From positions 1 through 61,347 of IMG/VR virus record IMGVR_UViG_3300048599_000880: a stretch of DNA of 61,347 bases; one strand, written 5' to 3'. Below, piece by piece: positions 1 through 8,251 of this stretch. The notes below the pieces were generated by a model. That model saw only the letters and a list, made by a program, of their open reading frames with translations. It was not told the DNA's origin and did not search any database. Source of the stretch: a virus (lineage: Duplodnaviria; Caudoviricetes). The first letter of the stretch is position 1. Each line of letters begins with the position of its first letter. The translations under genes and the position numbers were made by a program.

Positions 1-108
1 ATGCTGCTCACTGGCGTCGTGCTGGCGATCAACCTCAAAGGCATTGCCCTCGGCATAGGGGCGATCGTTCTCATGGCGATCGTTGCCTACTTCGACGTCA
101 ACTCCTGA
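1..108 (+). CDS. 3' end of a hydrophobic (membrane) protein, probably truncated by the window edge
   Basis: Frame 1 reads MLLTGVVLAINLKGIALGIGAIVLMAIVAYFDVNS to TGA at 106-108. Confidence 0.45.
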   Translation: MLLTGVVLAINLKGIALGIGAIVLMAIVAYFDVNS

Positions 109-262
109 CGGGTAACGCCAAGCGCCTGTCACGAAGTGGCGCGGCCAGCGCGCCTTTGCCGGAATAAGCCGCTGTGACCCGGTGCCCGAGATCTTCGAAC
201 ATGGCCACGGCGCTGGCCAGAACGAGAAAGGCGTCATCGACGGCCAGGATGGAAAGCGACCT
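98..262 (-). pseudogene. Response-regulator receiver domain fragment
   Basis: LSILAVDDAFLVLASAVAMFEDLGHRVTAAYSGKGAL matches the N-terminal half of a CheY-like receiver. The rest of the domain (phospho-Asp, conserved Lys) is missing. Confidence 0.55.
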
Positions 263-360
263 TTCCCGCGTGCCCAGCTCCCCGCGACCACTCGGCAAGG
301 GTCGCGCAACTCCACTTCCCACGGCGAGGAAGGCACCCGCAGAATTACGCCTTGGGCACC

Positions 361-639
361 ATGGAGAATCGGGTGAAGTATCGGGCAGGTACATCAAAAG
401 GCGAACTGTCGGCCTATGCCGTCAACGTCATCGAGAAGGCCGTCAGCGAGGCCGATGCCCTGATCCGTGCGCGGCTGGCGGAAGCCGGCGTCAATGCCCC
501 GCACATTGTCCTGGCCATTACCCCGACCGGAGCGGGCGCGATCCGCTCCAACTGCAAGGCCAGCATGCTTACAGACGTAGCCGATGGCCTTCGCAGGATC
601 GCGATCGAACATGATGCAAAGGAGAAGCCCCGGCACTAG
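361..639 (+). CDS. Hypothetical protein
   Basis: ORF MENRVKYRAG... has globular-protein composition and is followed by a GC hairpin. Confidence 0.55.
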   Translation: MENRVKYRAGTSKGELSAYAVNVIEKAVSEADALIRARLAEAGVNAPHIVLAITPTGAGAIRSNCKASMLTDVADGLRRIAIEHDAKEKPRH

Positions 640-651
640 ACCGGGTGAAAC

Positions 652-687
652 AAGAAGGCCGCCCGCCCCCTCAGGGCGAGCGGCCGG
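652..687 (-). terminator. Rho-independent terminator between convergent genes
   Basis: aagaaGGCCGCCCGCCC cctca GGGCGAGCGGCC hairpin with a pyrimidine/U tract on the - strand. Confidence 0.5.
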
Positions 688-701
688 ATTCGTTGTTGCG
701 A

Positions 702-1543
702 CTACCCGAGTAATGACCGCTGCACGGCCTTGATCGGGCGGTCGCTAATCAGCAGCTCAGGCACTGCCGGCGCATCACCGGCTTTCGACGCGATCGTGTA
801 GACCGTCTCGACTTCTTGGACATGAAAGCCTTCGAAGCGCCGACGCACTTCCGGCAGATCATTGATCGACAGCAGGAAGCGGCTCTTCAAGGTACGCAGC
901 CGCATGGCCAGGCGGCCAAAGTCGCTGCGCCGCCAGACGCCGATGCCGTAGTCCTCCTCAGATCCCCAATACGGGGGATCGAGATAGAACAGAACCTCGG
1001 CCTGGTCGTACCGATCGAGGAAGTCAGCCCATGGCAGGCACTCGATCACGACGCCGGCGAGCCTCTCGTGCACGGCCTCGAGCAGCGGCACCAGGCGCGT
1101 GATGTCGAACCGGGCACCGCCATAGGTCACGCCGAAATTCTGGCCGGCGACCTTTCCCCCGAACGCCGTTCGCTGCAGGTAGAGGAAGCGCGCCGCGCGC
1201 TCCAGGTCGGTAAGGGCGTCGGGCCGCATGGCGGACAGCCGCTCGAACTCGACGCGGCTGGTGAGGTACCAGCGCATCATCTCGACGAAGGGCAGATAGT
1301 GCCGCTGCAGCACGCAAAACATCGTGACCAGGTCACGGTTCACGTCGTTGACGACTTCGGCATGCGCCTTGAAGGGGCGCCGCAGGAAGACGCTGCCCTG
1401 CCCCAGGAACGGCTCGACATAGAGCCGGTGCGGGATGAGCGGATCCGCTCGACGACGCGATCGGCCAGGTGACGCTTGCCGCCAATCCACGGCGCGAGGG
1501 GACGCGCCGGCCGTACAGGAGAAAGATTCGACTCGCTTTCCAT
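702..1543 (-). pseudogene. dam: Dam-like (D12 class) DNA adenine methyltransferase, frameshifted near 1437-1450
   Basis: N-terminus MESESNL...APWIGGKRHLA is in one frame (1340..1543). YVEPFLGQGSV, VVNDVN and FYLDPPY are in another (702..1664). One base is missing at GAG CGG ATC CG CTC ATC. Confidence 0.85.
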
Positions 1544-1572
1544 TGTGTTGTTCCACTGAACCCGCCCCTGCA

Positions 1573-2598
1573 GGGGACGCCGGGGAACCTGGCACCATTG
1601 CCGCGATCGTCGCCGACTTCATGGATAGCGACGAGTTCGATGAACTAAAGCCCGCGACGCGCAACGACTATCGCTTGTGCTTAGAGGCGTTTGCTCAAAA
1701 GTTTGGCGCCCGGCACTGGGAATCCATCAGCGCCAAAGAAGCCAAGATGTGGATCCGCGAAAAGGCGGAGACTCACCCCAGCATGGCGCACCAATGGCAC
1801 AGGACCTGCCGCGCCACGCTGAACAAGACGCGCCTTATCTATGACGAGCGGGACCATCCGGGCTATGTCCCCGAGAAGCTGACCCCTTTCGACAAGTTCA
1901 ACATTGGCCTCCCCAAGGCCAAACTGATCGTGTGGCCCTTAGAGGCGGTTACCAAGATGGTCGAAATCGCCGACGAAGTCGGACGACCGAGCTTGGGCGA
2001 CGCCATCGTCATGATGGCGTGGCTTGGGGTCCGGCGCCAGGATTGGCTCCAGTGGCCCGCCAACATCTTCGACACGCCATACTTGGCCTGGGACACAGAG
2101 AAGACCGATGCGCCGGTCACCATCCCCTGGTCGGCCATTCCCGAGCTACGAGTGCGCATCGAAGCGGCGAAACTGCGCCGTCATACCGACAACATCCGCA
2201 GCACGACGTTCTTTATCGACGACGTCGGCCATAGGCCTTGGAGTTCAAATAGGTTCTTCGTCGCGTTCGGGCGGCTCCATGCTGAGCTGGCTAGGCGACA
2301 TGAAAGCTTCGCCACCAAGTACGCCGTGAAGCACTACCCGAACGATCCGATGCGCCTGCCGACAGAGTGGCTCACGATGCGCGTCCTGCGTCACACGTGC
2401 ATTACTGCACTTCACGATGCCGGCTGCGTACGTGAGCAGATACGCGCCATCACCGGTCATACGATCGCCAGCATCAACGAAGTGCTCGATCGCTATACGA
2501 AGTTGACGGCCGATCAGGCCGGCGCGGCCTTGGCGAAGCGGCTGGCGCACGAGGGACGGCCTCAGGAGAGCACGGTCTCGGCGTTCGTCAGACGTTAG
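1573..2598 (+). pseudogene. int: Tyrosine integrase, N-terminally truncated; remnant of an older element at the same tRNA
   Basis: WLGVRRQD, LRHT, ITGH and catalytic Tyr (LDRY) are present and align with the 57482..58813 integrase. The ~100 aa N-terminal arm-binding region is absent. The 5' boundary is approximate. Confidence 0.8.
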
Positions 2599-2626
2599 TC
2601 GAGAGCGGCTAAAACGTTAGTCGAGA
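2592..2626 (+). repeat. 13-bp direct repeat, candidate arm-type integrase sites of the older element
   Basis: ACGTTAGTCGAGA occurs at 2592..2604 and 2614..2626, between the remnant integrase and the att core. Confidence 0.55.
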
Positions 2627-2691
2627 ATCCATGCACAGAACAGAACATGATCGCTGAAAAATGCATAAAACGTTGATCTGCTTGCATTTCA

Positions 2692-2750
2692 ACGATGGTG
2701 CCCCCGGTCGGACTCGAACCAACACTTCCGTGAGGAAACCTGATTTTGAG
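2692..2750 (+). repeat. Left att core: 59-bp duplicate of the tRNA-Leu 3' half
   Basis: Identical to 58924..58982 (acgatggtgccccc...tgattttgag). Identity ends in the anticodon loop. Confidence 0.97.
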
Positions 2751-2781
2751 CCGGGTGCGCGTCAGGCGGAAAGTGCGGTTT

Positions 2782-2858
2782 TGTTGCGTTTCTGATGTTT
2801 TCTGTTGCACGTATCAGGTGACCTGATGACCGATTATAGGTCGGTTGTTGCATGCCTG
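2782..2858 (+). promoter_or_regulatory. Candidate integrase arm-type sites (TGTTGCR)
   Basis: TGTTGCG at 2782, TGTTGCAC at 2803 and TGTTGCAT at 2846. The same motif recurs at 58816-58854 inside the other att. Confidence 0.6.
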
Positions 2859-3061
2859 ATCGCGATGCCGGAGCATGCCGCGTCGGCCACAATTAGCGTG
2901 GTCTGCGCTACAAACTAGAGTGGTAGGCCCGCCAGCAAAGTGCTGTCGCACAATAGCTTGTGTGACAGCACGCGCATGCAGGCGGACGACCTGCATGGAG
3001 CTCATCGGCCCATGCCGCATCGTAGGCAGACGTCCCGAGGCCTGGCTTCTACGAATCGGCC

Positions 3062-3565
3062 GTGCTCTTCGACCTGCCCTTCACGACCTTTGCCGAGCTC
3101 CCCGACCAAGGCCTCGTCGCTGTGCTCTACTGCACCGGCTGCCGTCGCCATGCCGAGATCGACATCAGCGATGCCCGCCTGCAGGGAAAGAGCTTCTGCG
3201 GTTGCGTCCGGTTCCGGTGCTCCAACTTCGTGAAGCTCTGGGATGCCGTTCCTGGCCACGTCTGCGGAACGATCGCCTGCCTCACCATCAGGCCGCCCGA
3301 TGCCAAGCGGATCAAGCCCAATGCCTCTATCATGCACTGCGAGATCGCGTGCCCGAACTGCCGGCCGTCATGGCGCATCGAGGATGTCCGACGGCTGGCC
3401 GAACCGTGGAAGCCTCTCTTCGACGACACCAGGTTCAAGGGCTTCCGATGCCCGACATGCCGGGCCAAGCTCGATGTCCGGTGGAGCGGCTTCAACGGCA
3501 TGCCGTTCACGGACGGCTACCAGAACAAGGGTGACACGCCCTGGCCCGGACGGCCGGCGCCCTGA
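3062..3565 (+). CDS. Cys-rich protein with two zinc-ribbon-like units
   Basis: CTGC...FRCSN...CG and CPNC...FRCPTC motifs. TGATG overlap with the next gene. Confidence 0.7.
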   Translation: MLFDLPFTTFAELPDQGLVAVLYCTGCRRHAEIDISDARLQGKSFCGCVRFRCSNFVKLWDAVPGHVCGTIACLTIRPPDAKRIKPNASIMHCEIACPNCRPSWRIEDVRRLAEPWKPLFDDTRFKGFRCPTCRAKLDVRWSGFNGMPFTDGYQNKGDTPWPGRPAP

Positions 3566-3825
3566 TGGTGGATCGTTGGCCGCACCCACCGGGCACCTTG
3601 CGTGCGCTCAAGGTTGTCCTCGGCGACCACTTCGTCATCTGCCGCCACTGCCGCCGCTACACCGATATGCGCATTCCCAAGGGGCAGGAGGATCGCAAGT
3701 ACGACCCCTGCCCGTTCAGGTGCTCGATTTGCCACCAGCGCGGAGATCTCGTCAGGGCGGTGCCGGATGGGTTCACGCGAGCCGGCGAGGATCTCGGGCC
3801 GCCGGCGCATCGGCCAGCGTTCTAG
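3565..3825 (+). CDS. Small zinc-ribbon protein, paralogous to the upstream gene
   Basis: CRHCRR...FRCSIC motifs; start overlaps the upstream stop. Confidence 0.7.
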   Translation: MVDRWPHPPGTLRALKVVLGDHFVICRHCRRYTDMRIPKGQEDRKYDPCPFRCSICHQRGDLVRAVPDGFTRAGEDLGPPAHRPAF

Positions 3826-4484
3826 GCGGCGTCCTTGGTCTTCGGCAGCAACACGATGGCCTTGTCATCGGCCGGCTTCTGCAGCTCGAGCGCTTCCTCG
3901 AGCGTGCCGGAAAGCCAACGATCGACGTCTTCCGGCGTCATCAGCATGACGGGCATCGCCTTGTTGTGGATCGGTTCCACCACACCATTCGGCTCGGTCG
4001 TGAGGAACGAGTAGAGCTTGTGCTTGCCGACATTGGGTGCCTTCTTCGTTCCGCGGTCACCCTCCCATTCCCGCCATATCCCGGCGAAGAAGAAGGGCTC
4101 GCCATCGGCGCGCTTGAACCATCGGAACTGCACCGGCTTGCTGGTGTTCCGGTCGGGCTCCGAGAACGCCGTCGCCGGAACGACGCAGCGCTGCTCCGGC
4201 TTCTTCAGCCATGGCTTCCAATAATTCGATGCCGTGTTGCGAATGTTCGTCACCGGCGCCTTGCTGCCCATGAAGGGCGGCGGCGGGAAGCCCCAGCGCA
4301 TGGTCTCGATGACACGCTGGCCGTCGCGAACGACAACCACCGGGGCCTCGTAGTTCGGATAGACGTTCGTGGCGTCGTTCTTCTCGGCCATCGCGCCGGC
4401 GAACTCTTTGCCGACCAGCTTGTAGTGCAGGAGCAGGCCCCGGACTTCGTCACGGGAGAGACGCATCGTGTAGAGATTGCACAT
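3822..4484 (-). CDS. SOS response-associated peptidase (SRAP/YedK family, abasic-site protection)
   Basis: N-terminal MCNLY (catalytic Cys2), MRWG, RCVVPATAFSE, FAGIW, LTTEPN and PIHNKAMPV motifs. Confidence 0.93.
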   Translation of the reverse strand: MCNLYTMRLSRDEVRGLLLHYKLVGKEFAGAMAEKNDATNVYPNYEAPVVVVRDGQRVIETMRWGFPPPPFMGSKAPVTNIRNTASNYWKPWLKKPEQRCVVPATAFSEPDRNTSKPVQFRWFKRADGEPFFFAGIWREWEGDRGTKKAPNVGKHKLYSFLTTEPNGVVEPIHNKAMPVMLMTPEDVDRWLSGTLEEALELQKPADDKAIVLLPKTKDAA

Positions 4485-4516
4485 CGGGCCAGTCTGGCAG
4501 GCGGCCGGCGGTGCTT

Positions 4517-4759
4517 CTACCCCTTCCCGGCCTGCCTCCCAGCATCGGTGAGGCAGACCGAGTGCGGCGGCTTCCCCTCGCCCAGCATCCACCCTTTGGC
4601 GATCGCGACGGCGACGGCCTGGTCGACGGCGTCCTCGGTCAGATCGGGGTGCCGCAGACCGAGCTCGTGCGCGGAGACCCAGCGCATGGGGACGCTGCGC
4701 GTGATGGCCCGGACCTCGTCACGTAGCTTGCGAGCCAAGGCCAAGGGTTGTTTCGCCAT
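4517..4759 (-). CDS. Hypothetical small protein (possible winged-helix)
   Basis: 80 aa ORF directly upstream of SRAP, ending ...KGWMLGEG...SVCLTDAGR. Confidence 0.55.
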   Translation of the reverse strand: MAKQPLALARKLRDEVRAITRSVPMRWVSAHELGLRHPDLTEDAVDQAVAVAIAKGWMLGEGKPPHSVCLTDAGRQAGKG

Positions 4760-4824
4760 GGCGGAGTCAACGAGTGGCGCGCCGACAGGTTTCGAGCCTG
4801 AGAAGGAAGAGGTATATTCGGGCC

Positions 4825-5226
4825 ATGGCCAACCGAATTTCCGCGCTAGAGCTGATGGAGATACTGAGGCGCTGCCGCTGCGGTGGAGAGGGATTCGTCG
4901 ACGGCGAGGACGCTGCCGATCAACGCGGCGAGTATCGCGTTGTGAGAATTGACGGCCTGTTCAGCATGGAAACTGTCGCGGAAATGGTGAACGGCAGGAT
5001 CGACGGCTCTTGGCCGCGCATTGACGGAAAACACGGATGCACCGATTGGCTTACAGGCCGGCCGCACGATGCTGAGCCGTTTGCCAAGGTCGAGGTCGAG
5101 TATCGTGACGGGAGCCGCGAGGCGGGCGAGGTCGTGGAAATCGATTGGAACCGACCGGACGAAGGCGACAAGTACTCGCCGCTGCCAGAGCGCGAAGTCG
5201 TACGCTACAGGTTCATCCCCACCTGA
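4825..5226 (+). CDS. Hypothetical protein
   Basis: ATG at 4825 after a GA-rich stretch; protein-like composition; followed by a hairpin. Confidence 0.55.
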   Translation: MANRISALELMEILRRCRCGGEGFVDGEDAADQRGEYRVVRIDGLFSMETVAEMVNGRIDGSWPRIDGKHGCTDWLTGRPHDAEPFAKVEVEYRDGSREAGEVVEIDWNRPDEGDKYSPLPEREVVRYRFIPT

Positions 5227-5518
5227 AACGACAGAAGCCCCGCACCGGGGTCACCGGGCGGAGCTTCGAGATATGTGGAGCGAAACGGTCAGGCTACTTC
5301 ATGGCGGCCTCCTGGCCAGCGGGGCGCTACCCTGCGGGAGCCGTGAGTGAAGCACGGGGTGCTGTCTTTCTCGCCTGAGCTGTCCGGTAAAATCGGACAA
5401 CTGGCCGAAACGGGAATTCCCGCATCGGACTGCGTGCCTGGCCAGCGCCGCTGTCTCGCGGTCAGAATTCCGACCTCGCTCACCGCAGGAAAACGGGACA
5501 TCGCCGAAGCCCGGCCGC

Positions 5519-5872
5519 CTACGACTTGGCCTGCCGCCCCCAGGTGAACGTGATCTTCCGGCTGCCAATCGTCCCCTCGCCGGTGCCATTGGTGACGCCG
5601 TTGAGCTGGGCCGATCCGGCCTCGCCGTTGTTGCAGTTGAATGTGGCCTTGCCGGTCGGACCGACGATGCCGTCATAGACGAACTGCCCGACGCAGGTGA
5701 GACCACGATTGCTGACCAGGTTGAGCGTGCCGGAGGTATCCCAGGCGCCAGTCGCGATCGCGGTGCCCGTGAACTGCTCGCCGTCGGAAGTGACGGCCCG
5801 CACCGGGGCCGAAGTATCGCAAGCCGCGACCAAAAGGCCGGCGGCGACCACCACCCAAATCTCTGACTTCAT
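5519..5872 (-). CDS. Putative lipoprotein (moron)
   Basis: Signal peptide MKSEIWVVVAAGLLVAAC with lipobox, then a Gly/Thr-rich beta domain with two Cys. GGAG RBS. Confidence 0.75.
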   Translation of the reverse strand: MKSEIWVVVAAGLLVAACDTSAPVRAVTSDGEQFTGTAIATGAWDTSGTLNLVSNRGLTCVGQFVYDGIVGPTGKATFNCNNGEAGSAQLNGVTNGTGEGTIGSRKITFTWGRQAKS

Positions 5873-5920
5873 GCCGATCTCCACGGCGCCCCGCGGCAAC
5901 CATACCGCGACCGCCGAAAC

Positions 5921-5995
5921 GAAAAAAGAGCCCGCCCCGGGTGAACCGTCCGACGAAATCGGACAGTTGCCGGAGCGGGCCAGTTCAGGGAGGAG
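5921..5995 (-). terminator. Long hairpin terminator preceded by a CUCCUCCC anti-SD motif
   Basis: On the - strand: CTCCTCCCTGAACT, then a GGCCCGCTCCGG/CCGGGGCGGGCT stem with an inner AACTGTCCGA/TCGGACGGTT stem, then TTTTTT. Confidence 0.65.
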
Positions 5996-6144
5996 CGACA
6001 GTCAGGCTGCCGCATCGACGCCGGCGAAGTGACCGGCGTGCTCGTGTCGCTCAGTCAAAAACCACTGCGATCGACGGCGCGGATGCGAGCGAAAGACCGA
6101 GCACTACGCAACGTGCTACTGTTCAAGGCGAGAGGAACGCTCCA

Positions 6145-6984
6145 ATGCCAAGATCAGACATGGACCACGTCAAAGGTATCGCCGAGGTCGCCAAGACTTA
6201 TCCAGAGGAGTTTCGGCCGGTCGCCAGGGAGCTTGCCGAGGTTCTGACCAAGACCCTCCGAGGAGTTAACATTACCTTGGATGGCATTGCATGGTCGGCT
6301 GGCAAGATTGCGAAGGTCAGCGATTATCTCAAACGCAAGGTGATCCCCAAGCTGTCGGGCACGCCACACGACCGGATCGTCCGGCCAAAATTGAGCATCC
6401 TCGGTCCTGCTTTGGAGGCTGTTGCCTACAAGGCCGAAGAGCCCGAGCTTGAAGAGATGTTCGCGAACTTGCTGGCGACAGCAATGGATGCCGGTTCAGC
6501 ACCACGCATCCACCCGGCCTTCGTGGAGTTCCTGAAACAAATGACTCCGGACGAAGCCCGCCTCCTATTGCATATCAGTCGGGATCCAGCCGCAGCTTAT
6601 CCGGTTCTTCATGTCGTGCGGCAGAGTGTGGACGAAAGGGGCGATCCGATAGGCGAATGGGAGACCGTTACCAACTGGTCTCTCCTTCAGCATGTTGACG
6701 GACTCGAATCGGGGCCGCTCGTGGCGCGCTACCTGGACAACCTAGCGCGTATGGAGATCATCCAGTTCAAGGCCCCTGGACAGCCGTTCAGCGACGCGCG
6801 CACATACGAAGATCTCGAAAAGCACCCAGAATTTCAGGAGCTGATGGCGAAACTGACACATCGGACGGGCTACAAGACAGAATACCGCCAGTCTGGTTTC
6901 ACCGTCACATTTCTCGGCCGCGACTTCATCAAGTACTGCGTACGCCCCTACGAAGAGCGCACCGCGACCGTCCTTGACGAGTAA
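6145..6984 (+). CDS. DUF4393 / Abi-alpha family protein (putative abortive infection)
   Basis: Family-like segments EPELEEMFANLLATAMD, IHPAFVEFLKQMTPDEARLL, YLDNLARMEII and VTFLGRDFIKYC. GAGGA RBS. Confidence 0.8.
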   Translation: MPRSDMDHVKGIAEVAKTYPEEFRPVARELAEVLTKTLRGVNITLDGIAWSAGKIAKVSDYLKRKVIPKLSGTPHDRIVRPKLSILGPALEAVAYKAEEPELEEMFANLLATAMDAGSAPRIHPAFVEFLKQMTPDEARLLLHISRDPAAAYPVLHVVRQSVDERGDPIGEWETVTNWSLLQHVDGLESGPLVARYLDNLARMEIIQFKAPGQPFSDARTYEDLEKHPEFQELMAKLTHRTGYKTEYRQSGFTVTFLGRDFIKYCVRPYEERTATVLDE

Positions 6985-7023
6985 ATCGCCAACAAGACGA
7001 CCCGGAGAGAGCGCCCCGCGAAA

Positions 7024-7230
7024 TCAAAAGAGGTTGAACACCAATCTGATCAGCGAGACCACAACGGCGGCCACGGTCAAATAGAACGCGATGGCCACAA
7101 TGGCCGCGATGACGATCAAGGAGACGCAGTCGTCGAGACGAGCATCCCGCATGACATGGCGCCCGCCAACGATGGTGATAGCAACCACCGCGGTCAGCAG
7201 GCCGCCGGTTAGCCACAGTGCTGCGTCCAT
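7024..7230 (-). CDS. Small two-TM membrane protein at the end of the lysis cassette
   Basis: Two hydrophobic segments; GAGG RBS; 4 nt downstream of the o-spanin stop. Confidence 0.6.
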   Translation of the reverse strand: MDAALWLTGGLLTAVVAITIVGGRHVMRDARLDDCVSLIVIAAIVAIAFYLTVAAVVVSLIRLVFNLF

Positions 7231-7234
7231 CGCC

Positions 7235-7522
7235 TCACTCCGTCGGTCGGCCCTGCCGATTGAACACGTCGATCAACCGGCGCAGCTCCTTCATCTCAGC
7301 GTAGACCGTGCGGCCCCAGGTGACGTAATCGCCGAGGAGGCGGCGCTCGTCGCCGCGGGTCTTAATCTTCTCCAGCACGACGACCGGTTCGGCCGTCGGC
7401 TCATCGAGATGGGGCGGGACCTCGAACGGGCGCGCCGGCGCCGGCTCGAACAGGGTCCGGGCCGAACAAGACGCCAAGAGAATCGCGCTCGGCAGGAGTA
7501 AGAGGAGCATTCGAGCCCGCAT
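7235..7522 (-). CDS. o-spanin (Rz1-like lipoprotein)
   Basis: MRARMLLLLLPSAILLASC lipobox, Pro-rich, overlapping the 3' end of the i-spanin in another frame. Confidence 0.75.
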   Translation of the reverse strand: MRARMLLLLLPSAILLASCSARTLFEPAPARPFEVPPHLDEPTAEPVVVLEKIKTRGDERRLLGDYVTWGRTVYAEMKELRRLIDVFNRQGRPTE

Positions 7523-7826
7523 CGCTGGCCACCTTTCCGCGATAAACCGTGTTGGCGCTCTGCAAGCCACCGACCTTCTCGTGCAGTTCCTTGAAGCCCG
7601 AGCGGACCTCGTTCTGGAACGCGCGCATGTCGTCGATCGCCTGGAGCAGTCCGGCGTTAGCCTTCTCGGCGCGCTCGATCTTCTGGTTGGCCGCGCCGAG
7701 ATCCTTTAGCGAGTCGCGGTAGAGGAGGCCCAGACCGATCGCCACGATCAATAGGCCGCCGGCGGCATAGACAGCCCACGGTCCTGTGGCCTTAGCGACT
7801 GCGCCCTGGACAAGTCCGCCAATCAT
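7401..7826 (-). CDS. i-spanin (Rz-like)
   Basis: MIGGLVQG... with an N-terminal TM then coiled coil. ATGA overlap with the endolysin stop. Confidence 0.75.
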   Translation of the reverse strand: MIGGLVQGAVAKATGPWAVYAAGGLLIVAIGLGLLYRDSLKDLGAANQKIERAEKANAGLLQAIDDMRAFQNEVRSGFKELHEKVGGLQSANTVYRGKVASDAGSNAPLTPAERDSLGVLFGPDPVRAGAGAPVRGPAPSR

Positions 7827-8251
7827 GCGAGGCCCGCCCGCGTGCCGGCCTTGTCGATCGTCAGCACCTGGCGGCGCGGCAGCGGCGCCCAGGCGATGTG
7901 CACCCAGGCGCGGAACTCGTGGATGAGCTGGTCGAAGGAGATGTCGCTGGCTGCGATCGCGCGACAGATCTCCAGCGGCGAGCCGAATGAAGGACAGGAA
8001 AAATCGGCGGCACAGCCCAGCATGTGCGCGCTCTGCGCCGCGCCACCCACGGCCCTGTTCACGCGCGGCGAGCGATAGCCGCTCGACACCAGGATGGGCT
8101 TGCCGAGGAGCGCGCGTACGCGCTCCAGCAGCTCGGCCGTCTTGCGCAGGGCGTCGACCATCTCGGCCGGCGGCGTGTTGTCGAGGCCCTCGCGCGCGGC
8201 CGTCTGCGACTGCGTCAGCTCGGCCAGCGTGAAGTGCGGCGACAAGTTCAT
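7823..8251 (-). CDS. Endolysin, peptidase M15 family
   Basis: LSPHFTLAEL, SGYRS, SAHMLGCAAD and WVHI Zn-peptidase motifs. Confidence 0.9.
   Translation of the reverse strand: MNLSPHFTLAELTQSQTAAREGLDNTPPAEMVDALRKTAELLERVRALLGKPILVSSGYRSPRVNRAVGGAAQSAHMLGCAADFSCPSFGSPLEICRAIAASDISFDQLIHEFRAWVHIAWAPLPRRQVLTIDKAGTRAGLA

Noticed and set aside
1435-1664. ORF-track starts for the integrase (1435) and Dam (1664), implying long head-to-head overlapping genes
   Set aside because: The extensions lack family motifs. The true Dam start is 1543 in another frame, and the integrase homology begins near 1590.
2638-2652. LexA box (GAAC-N7-GATC)
   Set aside because: It mismatches the alphaproteobacterial GAAC-N7-GAAC consensus and is not positioned upstream of a gene.
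2692-2750. Second functional tRNA gene
   Set aside because: Only the 3' half up to the anticodon loop is present, so it is the att duplication.
3243-4952. 569-aa + strand ORF
   Set aside because: It is Arg/Pro/Ala-rich and overlaps SRAP and the zinc-ribbon genes, which have clear motifs.
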